Positions 10,343 to 20,521 of a DNA stretch of 64,000 bases are shown piece after piece. A model generated the notes under the pieces. It did no database searches and was not told the origin of the DNA. It saw only the letters and a list, made by a program, of their open reading frames with translations. The first letter of the stretch is position 1; each line of letters starts with the position of its first letter. Where the stretch lies: the NCBI GenBank assembly GCA_963674595.2, contig CAXXFV010000023.1, positions 288,001 through 352,000 of the forward strand, in the 5' to 3' direction. Both the position numbers and the translations under genes were made by a program. This DNA is from a bacterium (GTDB taxonomy: Bacteria > Zhuqueibacterota > Zhuqueibacteria > Residuimicrobiales > Krinioviventaceae).

Positions 10343-11767
10343 ATGACAAAAAGAAATAAATATTTTATTATTTGCTTATTTATTTTATTTGCTTTGCAAT
10401 CAGCCTTTGCCATCGTGTATGATGACTATTTTCATACGAACACTCTTCGTATCGATTATTTTCATACGGGCACAGCAAATAATGAATTTTTCAGTATCGA
10501 TGAGATTAAAGTTGAAGATGAATGGCCGGGAAGCAGGCATAATCTGATAGATACGTTAAATCTCGGCAAGTATCTTATAAAAATTTATGACTTGAAAACA
10601 AATCAGTTGATTTTTTCCAAAGGTTATTGCACTATTTTTGGTGAATGGCAGACAACTGATGAAGCACAAAATATATATAAAACTTTTCATGAAACGATTC
10701 GTTGCCCTTTGCCGAAAAGAAAAATTCAATTGACCATTGACGTACGTAACAGGGATAACGTTTTTATAAACAAGTATTCTACTGTTATAGATCCGGATTC
10801 CAGGTTTGTAAACCGGCAAAAGCAAAACTTGAACTATCATAAAGAAGCTGTTATAAATAACGGTGATCCGGGGAAAAAAGTTGATCTTGTGATCCTGGGT
10901 GACGGTTATACTGAAAATGAATTGGAAAAGTTTAAAAATCAGGTGAATTATTTTCTAGATGTTTTGTTTAAAGTTAAACCCTTTGATAAATACAAATCAT
11001 CTTTTAATGTCTGGAGAATTGACACGCCGTCAACCGATACCGGGATTGACGAACCCAGGCTGAATAAATGGAAAAGTACCGTTTTTGAAACAGGCTATAA
11101 TTCGCTGGATTCACCGAGGTATATTCTGACGCAATCAAACAAAGTGTTGCACGATGTTGCGGCTATGGTACCCTATGACTATATTTATATTATGGTAAAT
11201 TCCTCCCGTTATGGCGGAGGCGGTATTTATAACTGCATGGCAACGTCCTATACAGACAGCAAAAACAATGATCCGAAATGGTGGCCGGATTATGTTTTTG
11301 TCCATGAATTCGGGCATTTATTCGCCGGACTCGGAGATGAGTATTATTCGTCAAATGTGGCTTATACTGATTTTTATCCGATAGGTGTTGATCTCTGGGA
11401 ACCGAATATCACGGCTTTTACCGAACGGGAAAAAATTAAATGGGCTGATTTAATTAAAAACGATACGCCCTTACCAACACCATGGGACAAAGCAAAATAT
11501 GATTCTTTGAGTAATATATTATCAAACATAGATCGTCAATCAGAAGAATATGTTATAAAATCGAATGAATTGAAACCTTTTCAACAAAAAATTTTACAGA
11601 ATAATAGAGTAAGTGGTGTTGTTGGATGTTTTGAGGGGGCAGGTTATGTTTCTGAAGGTCTGTATAGACCTGGTATCGATTGTCGAATGTTTTCCAAAAC
11701 GGTTGGAGATTTCTGTCCTGTTTGCCAGGCAGCTATCATTCGAATGATCGGTTACTATTCTAATTAG
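10343..11767 (+). CDS. Secreted M64 (IgA peptidase-like) metallopeptidase
   Basis: Signal peptide; TLRIDYFH, GDGYT, YGGGG, HEFGHLFAGLGDEY, FEGAGY, CRM..FCPVC. Confidence 0.9.
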   Translation: MTKRNKYFIICLFILFALQSAFAIVYDDYFHTNTLRIDYFHTGTANNEFFSIDEIKVEDEWPGSRHNLIDTLNLGKYLIKIYDLKTNQLIFSKGYCTIFGEWQTTDEAQNIYKTFHETIRCPLPKRKIQLTIDVRNRDNVFINKYSTVIDPDSRFVNRQKQNLNYHKEAVINNGDPGKKVDLVILGDGYTENELEKFKNQVNYFLDVLFKVKPFDKYKSSFNVWRIDTPSTDTGIDEPRLNKWKSTVFETGYNSLDSPRYILTQSNKVLHDVAAMVPYDYIYIMVNSSRYGGGGIYNCMATSYTDSKNNDPKWWPDYVFVHEFGHLFAGLGDEYYSSNVAYTDFYPIGVDLWEPNITAFTEREKIKWADLIKNDTPLPTPWDKAKYDSLSNILSNIDRQSEEYVIKSNELKPFQQKILQNNRVSGVVGCFEGAGYVSEGLYRPGIDCRMFSKTVGDFCPVCQAAIIRMIGYYSN

Positions 11768-11811
11768 TTGGGTTGGGTTGTGTTTTGTGGTTTAGACAAA
11801 GGAAAAATGAC

Positions 11812-14800
11812 TTGAATATTGATACCTATAAATTAACTGATTTGGTTGAATCAGTTGTCTTACAACAGGTACAAAATACCTATACATTAAAAAATCAAAT
11901 GGGGATTGCCATTTTTGATGATATGGGACATTTAGTTACACAGCCGTTTCAAAGCGTGTCTTTTCAAACAGACGTTCCATCATCGCTTATGAAACGATTT
12001 TTTAATATGTTCCTGGATTTTATTCCGGATAAAAATGACGCCAATTTTTTTGACGGCAAAACAATATTTTCAAGTTTTGCCAATGGATTGGTCATAAGGG
12101 CCTTTATTCCTGTCATGTTTCAGGATAGTTTGTTAGGTCTATTGGGTTTTGTAAAATATCAGCGACCTGTTGACGAAAAACTGGTACGTCATTGGGTGCA
12201 GATGTTTGAACAGAGTGAAAATAAGGAATCCGCTTTTCTGACTTTTATGGACTCGGAACCTCCTGTTTTGAGTAACGAACTTCATAATGTTCTTGATGAG
12301 TTTAAGACAAAAATATATTCTCAAGTTGAAGCCGGTTGGGAACGGTTGAAATATAAACAAAACGGGGAATCTCATTTTGATTATGACGAGACAGAGTTTG
12401 AGAAGGAAAGTGATCTTACAATATCCGTTTCCGGTGATTTAATTTATTGTTCCAAAACTTTGGCCCAACAGTTGGGTTATGATCATGTAGATGAAATATT
12501 TGGATTAAATTTTATTAACTCATTTATCATCGATGAGCATACCAGGTTTACGTTAAAGACGTTTTTGCTTGAAAAAGATGAAATTGACTGGCGTCCTTTA
12601 CAGCTTGAAAAAAAGGACGGTTCAACGTGTGTTTTGTTTTTTAAATTTGTCCCGAGAAATACGGACATAACAAACCTGTTTGAATATGATGGATTTGTAA
12701 AAAAGAATATTAATACGGATTCTGAACGGGCTGAAATTGAAAAAGACAAATCAGCCATTGAAGTGATTAATCAGAGATTGTCTGAAACGGAATCTATTGC
12801 AGATACATTACAAAATGAGATGCATGCTGTTATCGATTATCATGATGAACCTGTATTGGATACGGACCAGGTTGTAGAGATAGAAGATAAGGAAGATAAC
12901 GAACCTCAGACCGATCAGGAAATATCATTTACACAATCATTTCGCGGTGTTGCCCAAATTCTGGACACCGTCCCCTATCCTCTTTTTGTCATTGATGAAA
13001 ATGATCAGATATGTGTCTGGAACAATCTGGTTGAAAATATATTTGACATTTTGGCTTTGTCGGTCCTTTCGACAAATTTTTCAAATTTACTTCTTGGCGA
13101 GGCACAGGTCAAATGGGACGAATGGATAAAAACATTTCGTAACAGTAAAAAACAAAAAGAACTGCACCCAAAAGAAAATATTTCCTTGTTGGATAGAAAC
13201 GGCAATATTATAAAGGCCAAAGTACAATTATCAAAGAATTTGATAATCGGTAAAGAATTTATCTCTGTAACCATTAATGAGTGGGAAAAGGTTAAAGAAG
13301 GTAAAAAGCTAAAACAAACAAGTAAAATTGACAAGAAAAATGTCGATGCTACTATTTTTTCGGATAATGAAGGCAAGATATTATATGCCAACGATTCGAC
13401 TATAAAATTATTAAACGAAAAAAATGAAAAAATATTAGCCCTTTATATACATGATCTTTTTAGGGATATTGACGTTAAACTACCGGATGATATAAACAGG
13501 AAAATCCGTGTTGATAAAGCAATAAACCAAAATGTACGGTTTATGCCTGAATTTTTGGACGGGGCTAAAGTTACATTGTCCGTGCAAATGATTGAAAATT
13601 ACGAAAACGATGATCAATTTTTATTGTGGACAATTCACGAAATTGAACCGGTCATCGAAAAAGTCCATGAAGAGCCCGCTGTACCCAAAACGACACCGGC
13701 TAAAAATGTCCAAAAATTGGATGAAATGATTCAGTTTACTAAAAATGCTTCATTTAATATCAATTATATATCATCAGAACTGGATGACCAGATAAAACAA
13801 TTGAAAAATGAAGATACAAGCCAATCAATTTCCCAGATCATAGAAAACCTTGAAAAGCTTTCCGATAAAGTAAAATTTATGCACAATCGGTTAGAGTCAT
13901 TTTCAAGGACCAAAAAAGTCAGCTCTCAATCCATTCATTTAAATAAAGTCGTTAAAAAAGCTCTGGAATTTATTAAAGAAAAACTGCCCTATGACATTAC
14001 CATAAAACTGGATTTGGATGAAAGTTTGGATGTAATGCCGGGAGATTTTGAACTTTTATCACAGGTTGTTCAAACACTGTGTTTCAATTCCTTTGAGGCA
14101 ATGCCCGATGGAGGCGATTTATATATTTGTACTTTTTCAAGTTTACATCCGCAAGTAGATCCTAAAATAATTCCGGATGACGAACAGCAATATAATATAT
14201 TACAAGTTAAAGATAATGGCAGGGGAATTTCCAAAGCTATTCGTCCGCATTTATTTGAACCATTTATGACAACCAAAATGAATTTGCCGGGTGCCGGACT
14301 AAATCTGTCGGCAGTTTATGGAATTATTAAAAATCATGACGGTCATATTAATATCAAGACAAAAGATGATGAGGGGACGACCTTTACGATTTTTTTACCG
14401 GTTAAAAAACAGGAACCTGCAAGCCCTTCTATCGAAGGACCATCACAAGGCTTACACGAAACCATATTACTTATTGATGATGATACCGGAATTGTGGAAG
14501 TAAATTCGATTACCTTGAAACATTTTGGTTACTCTGTTATAACGGCCCTTACCGCAGAAGAAGGACTGGCGCTGGTTAAAAAATACGCTCCGGCAATAGA
14601 TTTGATTATACTGGATGTTACGTTGCCTGACATGCCAGGGTCCGAATGTGCTCTGAAAATTCATGATCTGATACCGGGAACTCCTGTTATTTTGTCAAGC
14701 GGTTATCATTATGATGACAATCTTTTGAGTATCATGGACCAGATTGGTGCAAAATGGCTGCAAAAACCATTTACAACCAAAGTACTTTTGGAAAATGTTC

Positions 14801-14829
14801 AGGAAATGCTGGTTAAGCGTAAAAACTAA
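11812..14829 (+). CDS. PocR-like/PAS hybrid sensor kinase-receiver with degenerate H-box
   Basis: PocR-like N-terminus, PAS repeats, HATPase (NSFEAMP.GG, DNGRGI, FEPFMTTK), C-terminal REC (LIDDD, LDVTLP); start placed at TTG 11812 behind AAGGA (uncertain). Confidence 0.75.
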   Translation: MNIDTYKLTDLVESVVLQQVQNTYTLKNQMGIAIFDDMGHLVTQPFQSVSFQTDVPSSLMKRFFNMFLDFIPDKNDANFFDGKTIFSSFANGLVIRAFIPVMFQDSLLGLLGFVKYQRPVDEKLVRHWVQMFEQSENKESAFLTFMDSEPPVLSNELHNVLDEFKTKIYSQVEAGWERLKYKQNGESHFDYDETEFEKESDLTISVSGDLIYCSKTLAQQLGYDHVDEIFGLNFINSFIIDEHTRFTLKTFLLEKDEIDWRPLQLEKKDGSTCVLFFKFVPRNTDITNLFEYDGFVKKNINTDSERAEIEKDKSAIEVINQRLSETESIADTLQNEMHAVIDYHDEPVLDTDQVVEIEDKEDNEPQTDQEISFTQSFRGVAQILDTVPYPLFVIDENDQICVWNNLVENIFDILALSVLSTNFSNLLLGEAQVKWDEWIKTFRNSKKQKELHPKENISLLDRNGNIIKAKVQLSKNLIIGKEFISVTINEWEKVKEGKKLKQTSKIDKKNVDATIFSDNEGKILYANDSTIKLLNEKNEKILALYIHDLFRDIDVKLPDDINRKIRVDKAINQNVRFMPEFLDGAKVTLSVQMIENYENDDQFLLWTIHEIEPVIEKVHEEPAVPKTTPAKNVQKLDEMIQFTKNASFNINYISSELDDQIKQLKNEDTSQSISQIIENLEKLSDKVKFMHNRLESFSRTKKVSSQSIHLNKVVKKALEFIKEKLPYDITIKLDLDESLDVMPGDFELLSQVVQTLCFNSFEAMPDGGDLYICTFSSLHPQVDPKIIPDDEQQYNILQVKDNGRGISKAIRPHLFEPFMTTKMNLPGAGLNLSAVYGIIKNHDGHINIKTKDDEGTTFTIFLPVKKQEPASPSIEGPSQGLHETILLIDDDTGIVEVNSITLKHFGYSVITALTAEEGLALVKKYAPAIDLIILDVTLPDMPGSECALKIHDLIPGTPVILSSGYHYDDNLLSIMDQIGAKWLQKPFTTKVLLENVQEMLVKRKN

Positions 14830-14937
14830 ATTCTGCTCATTTTGCTTACTCGTTGAATATCGGTTTCGTGTTGAATAAAAAACATTTTTAATGTATATTC
14901 TGACTTGACGTATTGACATCGTCTTATATGGAAAATT

Positions 14938-16059
14938 ATGACAGAAAAAAAGATTGCTGATTATTTAAGATCAAATACTGTTAAAAATATTTTTGATGTT
15001 CTTTATTTACTCGCGATAGTATACTTGTTCCTGTTTAGTATTAATCTTTTGGGGCATTCATTCAAATTATTCGGAAAAGGATTTGCAGAAAACATCTTGT
15101 CAACAACGGCGAATCCCTTTCTTGGTCTGTTTTTAGGTATATTCGCAACGAGTATTATTCAAAGTTCTTCAACAACCACATCCATTATCGTTGGGCTTGT
15201 TGCCGCCGGCGGCCTCTCTTTGAACAATGCCATACCAATGGTTATGGGGGCGAATGTTGGTACAACCGTTACCAATATAATCGTTTCATTTGGTCACGCC
15301 ACCAGGCGGGCCGAATTTCGCAGGGCTTTCTCTGCCGCTATTGTGCATGATATTTTTAACGTGTTTAGTGTTCTCTTGTTATTTCCGTTGGAATTAAAAT
15401 TTCATCCCATTGCCAAAGCCGCTACGCTGCTTGGTGACGGATTTGTCGGTATGGGAGGCTTGAAATTATTTAATCCTCTCAAATTTATCATTAATCCGGC
15501 CATCAAGCTGATGGATATACTATTGGGAGACTTTTCTTTTGCCGCCCCATTAATGACCATTTTATCTCTGGTGTTTTTATTTATTGCACTGGCTCAACTC
15601 GTCCGTAAGATCAGGTCTTTGGTAATGGGAAGGATTGAAGTTATAGTTGACCGTTATCTCTTCGGCAAAGACATAATGAGTTTTGTTCTCGGAATTGTGG
15701 TCACTGCAATTGTGCAAAGCAGCTCTGTTACCACTTCTTTAGTTGTACCGCTTGCCGGGGCCGGTTTGTTGCAGGTACGCCAGGTTTTTCCATTTACGTT
15801 GGGGGCAAATATTGGAACGACCGTTACAGCTATTATTGCCGCGCTCGCTACGAATAATGTCGTATCTGTGACAGTCGCTTTTGCACACTTGTTTTTTAAT
15901 ATTTTTGGTATTATTATTTTTTATCCGATACGGTTTATCCCTATTAATTTGGCTCTCAGGGCTGGTGAATTTGCCGGCAGAGCGCAACGAAATGTATATA
16001 TTATTATCGGTTGTTTTATTGCTATATATTTAATTCCAATTGCTTTTTTCCTGTTTTAA
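14938..16059 (+). CDS. Na+/phosphate symporter (NptA/SLC34-like)
   Basis: Two QSSS motifs and two GAN(V/I)GTT motifs. Confidence 0.9.
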   Translation: MTEKKIADYLRSNTVKNIFDVLYLLAIVYLFLFSINLLGHSFKLFGKGFAENILSTTANPFLGLFLGIFATSIIQSSSTTTSIIVGLVAAGGLSLNNAIPMVMGANVGTTVTNIIVSFGHATRRAEFRRAFSAAIVHDIFNVFSVLLLFPLELKFHPIAKAATLLGDGFVGMGGLKLFNPLKFIINPAIKLMDILLGDFSFAAPLMTILSLVFLFIALAQLVRKIRSLVMGRIEVIVDRYLFGKDIMSFVLGIVVTAIVQSSSVTTSLVVPLAGAGLLQVRQVFPFTLGANIGTTVTAIIAALATNNVVSVTVAFAHLFFNIFGIIIFYPIRFIPINLALRAGEFAGRAQRNVYIIIGCFIAIYLIPIAFFLF

Positions 16060-16102
16060 AAATGAAATGCATCTTGGAATAAATACGGTTTTTGGAGGTT
16101 TT

Positions 16103-16786
16103 ATGTGGTTTCTGAAAAAAAACGAACAGATAAGTCTGGTTAAACTGGCCTATCAGGAAACAATAACCATGATGGAACTGGGCCATCAAATGTTTAAAAT
16201 GGTTACCGAAGTTTTGATTGAAGATACAAAACAGGGAAAACTGGACAAGATTCAAAAGATGGACAAAAAAATAAATCGTTATCATCGGGATGTCCGGAAA
16301 AAAATCTATGAACATTTGTCTATTTCTCATGGTAAGGATTTGTTTGAATCTTTGGTCATTCTTATCGCTGTTGATGATTCGGAGAGAATTGGGGATTATA
16401 ATAAAAATATCGCAGAATTGATTGAAATGATGCCTAAAAGAACAAATTTTAGCGAATATGATAAAATATTTAAAAACATATGGAATACAACAGATAACTA
16501 TTTTGTAAAAACCCTTCAAGCGTATAAAAACGATGATGAAAAGCTCGCTTCAGAGTTGTTAAAAGAATATACAGAGAATGCGGAAAAATGTGAAAAACTG
16601 ATTCGTGATATTATGCTGGCTGATAAAAAAGCCACGGAAGTCAGGAAGGATTATATTGTATTGTTATTGTTGATGCGATATTTTAAACGGCTGAACGCCC
16701 ATTTGAAAAATATTGCATCAACTGTTGTCAATCCCTTTCACCGGATTGGTTATAGCCCCAAAAAGAAACATTTAAAGAAAAAATAA
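16103..16786 (+). CDS. PhoU-domain protein
   Basis: D..IN, ERIGDY.KNIAE, RYFKRL.AH..NIA; GGAGG precedes ATG 16103. Confidence 0.8.
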   Translation: MWFLKKNEQISLVKLAYQETITMMELGHQMFKMVTEVLIEDTKQGKLDKIQKMDKKINRYHRDVRKKIYEHLSISHGKDLFESLVILIAVDDSERIGDYNKNIAELIEMMPKRTNFSEYDKIFKNIWNTTDNYFVKTLQAYKNDDEKLASELLKEYTENAEKCEKLIRDIMLADKKATEVRKDYIVLLLLMRYFKRLNAHLKNIASTVVNPFHRIGYSPKKKHLKKK

Positions 16787-16789
16787 CGT

Positions 16790-17881
16790 TTAAACAGCAA
16801 AACGGAATGAAATAATATCGCCATCTTTAACGATATATTCTTTTCCTTCCAAACGAAGAACGCCGTCTGTTTTACATTGATTTAATGTACCGCGCTGGAT
16901 AAAATCATCATAATGGACAACTTCAGCGCGAATAAATCCCCGTTCAATATCCGAATGAATCTCTCCGGCGGCTTGCGGCGCTTTGGTGTTGTGAGTGATC
17001 GTCCAGGCCCGAACTTCATCACTCCCGACCGTAAAGAATGATAATAATCCCAATAAATCATAAGAAGCCCGAATAAGTCTGGACATTGCCGAATCGGTAA
17101 GCCCGAGATCACTTCTGAAAATTTCTGCTTCTTCTTCAGACAATTGTTGAATTTCCATTTCAATTTGTGATGAAATACAAACTGTTGATGTTTTGGGAAA
17201 ATTTGCTTTTTCTGAAAATTGCGAAATGATTTTTTGTTCTTCAGAAATATCCTGTTCGGAAATATTGGCGACTATGATATGGGGTTTTAATGTCAGGAAT
17301 TGATAGCCCCTTACAATCAGTTCCTCATCAGCGGTCATACTCATACACCGCAAAGGTTGTTCGTTTTCAAGCTGGTCTTTAAATTTTTCCAGCAAATTAT
17401 ATTCCCGCACATCCTGGTCATTTTTTTGCGCCCTGAGCGTTCTTTGCAAACGCTGCATCCGGTTTTCTATGATTGCCAAATCACTTAATATAAACTCAGA
17501 TTCAATATAGGCCAGGTCCCTGACCGGATCAATCGTATTCAACGGATGGGGGACGTTATCATCTTCATAGGCCCTTACAACCACAAGAATTGCATCGACA
17601 GTTCGAATTTGGCCGAGAAAGTTGTCGCTAAAACCCTGCTTTTTCTGTTCAGATGTTGAAAGACCGCCCAAATCAATATAATCTATAGTGGCAGGAATTT
17701 TTTTCTTTGGCTGAAAAATTTCCGTCAGTTTTTCTACACGTTCATCCGGCACTTTAATTGTGGATTGATGAGCTTCGTCCTTTCCGCCGCTATAGGATGT
17801 TGTATCGACATGCGCCCCTGTCAGGGCGTTAAATAATGTTGTTTTGCCTGAAAAAGGCAAACCGACAATTCCAATTTTCAT
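16790..17881 (-). CDS. ychF: Redox-regulated ATPase YchF
   Basis: GIVGLPFSGKTTLFNALT, VPDER, FFTVG..EVRAW, AAGEIHSD.ERGFIRAEV, EGKEYIVKDGD. Confidence 0.95.
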   Translation of the reverse strand: MKIGIVGLPFSGKTTLFNALTGAHVDTTSYSGGKDEAHQSTIKVPDERVEKLTEIFQPKKKIPATIDYIDLGGLSTSEQKKQGFSDNFLGQIRTVDAILVVVRAYEDDNVPHPLNTIDPVRDLAYIESEFILSDLAIIENRMQRLQRTLRAQKNDQDVREYNLLEKFKDQLENEQPLRCMSMTADEELIVRGYQFLTLKPHIIVANISEQDISEEQKIISQFSEKANFPKTSTVCISSQIEMEIQQLSEEEAEIFRSDLGLTDSAMSRLIRASYDLLGLLSFFTVGSDEVRAWTITHNTKAPQAAGEIHSDIERGFIRAEVVHYDDFIQRGTLNQCKTDGVLRLEGKEYIVKDGDIISFRFAV

Positions 17882-18090
17882 CTATTTACTCTTTTTATAT
17901 TTTTTTTAATTATTTAAGACTGAAATATAGTCGAAACAGTAACGATTTGCAAGTAAAAAGATAGAACTGTATTATTAACAGACTGATAATTTATACAAAT
18001 TGTTTTAATGATGCATTTATTATTTTTAAAAGTGAATAAAATTTTATACTTTAAAAATCAAACTGAAAATGGTTTTTTATGAGGTTATAA

Positions 18091-18912
18091 ATGATAAACA
18101 AAAAAACAAACGGTTCTATAGTCTGCCCCAGTTGCGGCCGTCTTATTTCAGCGAATTCAAAAGTATGTATGCATTGCGGACGTAAAAATCCCGGACTGTG
18201 GGGCTATGGCCCGTCTATAAACAAAATATTGGCAAACCTGTCCGGACCCACTCAATATATTATTGCCGCCTGCGTTGCCCTTTATGTTATATCACTGTTG
18301 ATAGATCCCAGGGTTATTTTTCAATCCATGAGCCCGTTTTCACTTTTTTCACCAAGTCGAGATGCATTAGAACAAATGGGTATGACTGGAAATGTAGAAC
18401 TGTTAAAGGGGCATTGGTATACCATGATTACGGCGATTTATTTACACGGTGGTGTGCTTCATATTCTTTTTAATATGCTGTGGTTAAATCAACTTGGACC
18501 GATGGTGGAGCAGTTGTTTGGCCGTTCCAGAATGTTTTTGATTTTTACGTTTGCCGGTTTTTTCGGTTTTTTTCTGTCAAACATATTTGGGATTTCCGCC
18601 ACGATCGGAGCTTCCGGTTCTGTATTTGGTTTATTAGGAGCGCTTGTATATTACGGACGAAAAAGGGGCGGAGCTTTTGGCACTGCTATTTATAAACAGG
18701 TCGGTATATGGGCTGTGGTTTTATTTGTATTCGGATTTATGATGCCGGGTGTTAATAATTTTGCTCATTTCGGCGGATTTGCCGGCGGTTATGTATCGGC
18801 CTTTATATTGGGTTTCCATGAAGAACGTTTTGAAACAAAAAATCATCGTCGGTTAGGTCTCATTGCAGCCGCTTTTACGGTTATTTCATTTTTACTGGTT
18901 TGGTTTTTTTAA
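18091..18912 (+). CDS. Rhomboid intramembrane serine protease with N-terminal Zn ribbon
   Basis: CPSC..CMHC; HGGVLHILFNM, GASG, NFAHFGG. Confidence 0.9.
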   Translation: MINKKTNGSIVCPSCGRLISANSKVCMHCGRKNPGLWGYGPSINKILANLSGPTQYIIAACVALYVISLLIDPRVIFQSMSPFSLFSPSRDALEQMGMTGNVELLKGHWYTMITAIYLHGGVLHILFNMLWLNQLGPMVEQLFGRSRMFLIFTFAGFFGFFLSNIFGISATIGASGSVFGLLGALVYYGRKRGGAFGTAIYKQVGIWAVVLFVFGFMMPGVNNFAHFGGFAGGYVSAFILGFHEERFETKNHRRLGLIAAAFTVISFLLVWFF

Positions 18913-18943
18913 GGGATTAGCTAACGAATTTATAGGATTGTCA

Positions 18944-20509
18944 ATGGATTACGATTATCTTGTTATTGGTTCCGGATTCGGTGGGAGTGTATCAGCACTT
19001 CGTTTGGCGGAAAAAGGTTACAAGGTCTGTGTTTGTGAGCAGGGGAAACGTTATCGCGATGTTGATTTTGCCGATACAAACTGGCAGTTGTGGAAATGGC
19101 TGTGGATGCCGAAATTGTTTTGCCACGGTATTCAGCGGTTAACGTTCCTTAAAAATGCGTTGATATTAAGCGGTGCAGGTGTCGGCGGCGGCAGCCTTGG
19201 GTATTGCGCTGTTTTGCTGGAACCTGGGAAACCTTTTTTCACAGACCCTCAATGGTCTGAACTGGATGACTGGCAGAACAAGCTGTCCTCATATTATGCC
19301 ACGGCACGCCGGATGCTGGGCGTCACCCCAAATCCTAAAATGTGGGAAAGCGATCAATTGGTTAAGGAATATGCTCAGGATATTGGCCGCCTGGATCATT
19401 TCGAACCGACAAATGTTGGTATCTTTTTTTCGGAAAACGGGGAAACGGTACCAGACCCCTTTTTTGACGGCAAAGGCCCTGAACGAAAGGGTTGTGACCA
19501 TAGCGGCCGCTGCATGGTGGGATGTAAAAACGGTGGTAAAAATTCCCTGGATCGAAATTATCTTTACCTTGCCGAAAATATGGGAGTGGAAATCCGGCCG
19601 GAGACGGAAGTAACGTTGGTTAAAGAAATTCCGGGTGGATACGAGGTTTATACAAAAAAATCAACGGCCCTTTTTTCACGACAAAAAAGCGTTATAAGAA
19701 CAAAAGGAATCGTTTTTTCTGCGGGTGCACTCGGCTCAACACGGCTGTTAATGACATGTAAAAACAAAAAGACCTTGCCGGGATTGTCAAGCCAGCTTGG
19801 AAAAACAATGCGCACCAACAGTGAAGTGCTGATCGGAGCGTCTTCAAAAAGAAACAATCGTGATTTTAGCAAGGGCATTTCCATTACTTCCAGTTTATAT
19901 GTGAATGACACGACACATATTGAACCGGTGCGTTACCCGGCCGGTTCGGATGCCATGTTCTGGCTGTCCACAATGATTACGGACAGCGGTACCCGTTTAA
20001 CCCGGCCCTTGAAATATTTGTGGAATTGTCTGCGGCACCCGATAAAATTTCTTTATACTCTGAATCCGTTTGGCTGGGCAAAAAAAACCGTTATTCTGCT
20101 GGTCATGCAAAATCTCGATAACAAGCTTTCCCTTTCTTTAAAAAGAAAGTTGTACTGGCCGTTTTCTTATAAATTCAGCACAGGCAAGGAAAACAGTTCC
20201 ATTCCAACCTACATTCCCGAGGCTAATGCCGCCGCACGTGCCATTGCAGAGAAAATGGACGGTATTCCGCAAAGTGCTATTACTGAAGTATTATTGAACA
20301 AACCCATTTCCGCTCATATTTTGGGAGGATGTGTTATCGGTAAAGATTCGGAATGTGGGGTTGTTAACCAAAGATGTGAGGTTTTTGGTTATAAAAATAT
20401 GTATGTGATTGACGGCGCGGTTGTTCCGGCTAATTTGGGCGTCAATCCGAGTTTAACAATTACAGCCATTGCCGAGTATGCAATGGACCAAATTCCAATG
20501 AAAAGCTAA
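18944..20509 (+). CDS. GMC oxidoreductase (cholesterol oxidase-like)
   Basis: DYLVIGSGFGGSVSALRLAEKG, GVGGGS, KNSLD.NYL, AHILGGC, GVNPSLTI. Confidence 0.85.
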   Translation: MDYDYLVIGSGFGGSVSALRLAEKGYKVCVCEQGKRYRDVDFADTNWQLWKWLWMPKLFCHGIQRLTFLKNALILSGAGVGGGSLGYCAVLLEPGKPFFTDPQWSELDDWQNKLSSYYATARRMLGVTPNPKMWESDQLVKEYAQDIGRLDHFEPTNVGIFFSENGETVPDPFFDGKGPERKGCDHSGRCMVGCKNGGKNSLDRNYLYLAENMGVEIRPETEVTLVKEIPGGYEVYTKKSTALFSRQKSVIRTKGIVFSAGALGSTRLLMTCKNKKTLPGLSSQLGKTMRTNSEVLIGASSKRNNRDFSKGISITSSLYVNDTTHIEPVRYPAGSDAMFWLSTMITDSGTRLTRPLKYLWNCLRHPIKFLYTLNPFGWAKKTVILLVMQNLDNKLSLSLKRKLYWPFSYKFSTGKENSSIPTYIPEANAAARAIAEKMDGIPQSAITEVLLNKPISAHILGGCVIGKDSECGVVNQRCEVFGYKNMYVIDGAVVPANLGVNPSLTITAIAEYAMDQIPMKS

Positions 20510-20521
20510 ACTGATACGAAC

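Noticed and set aside
14938-16786. Na/Pi symporter and PhoU as one frameshifted gene
   Set aside because: PhoU has its own GGAGG and ATG, and separate genes are a known arrangement.
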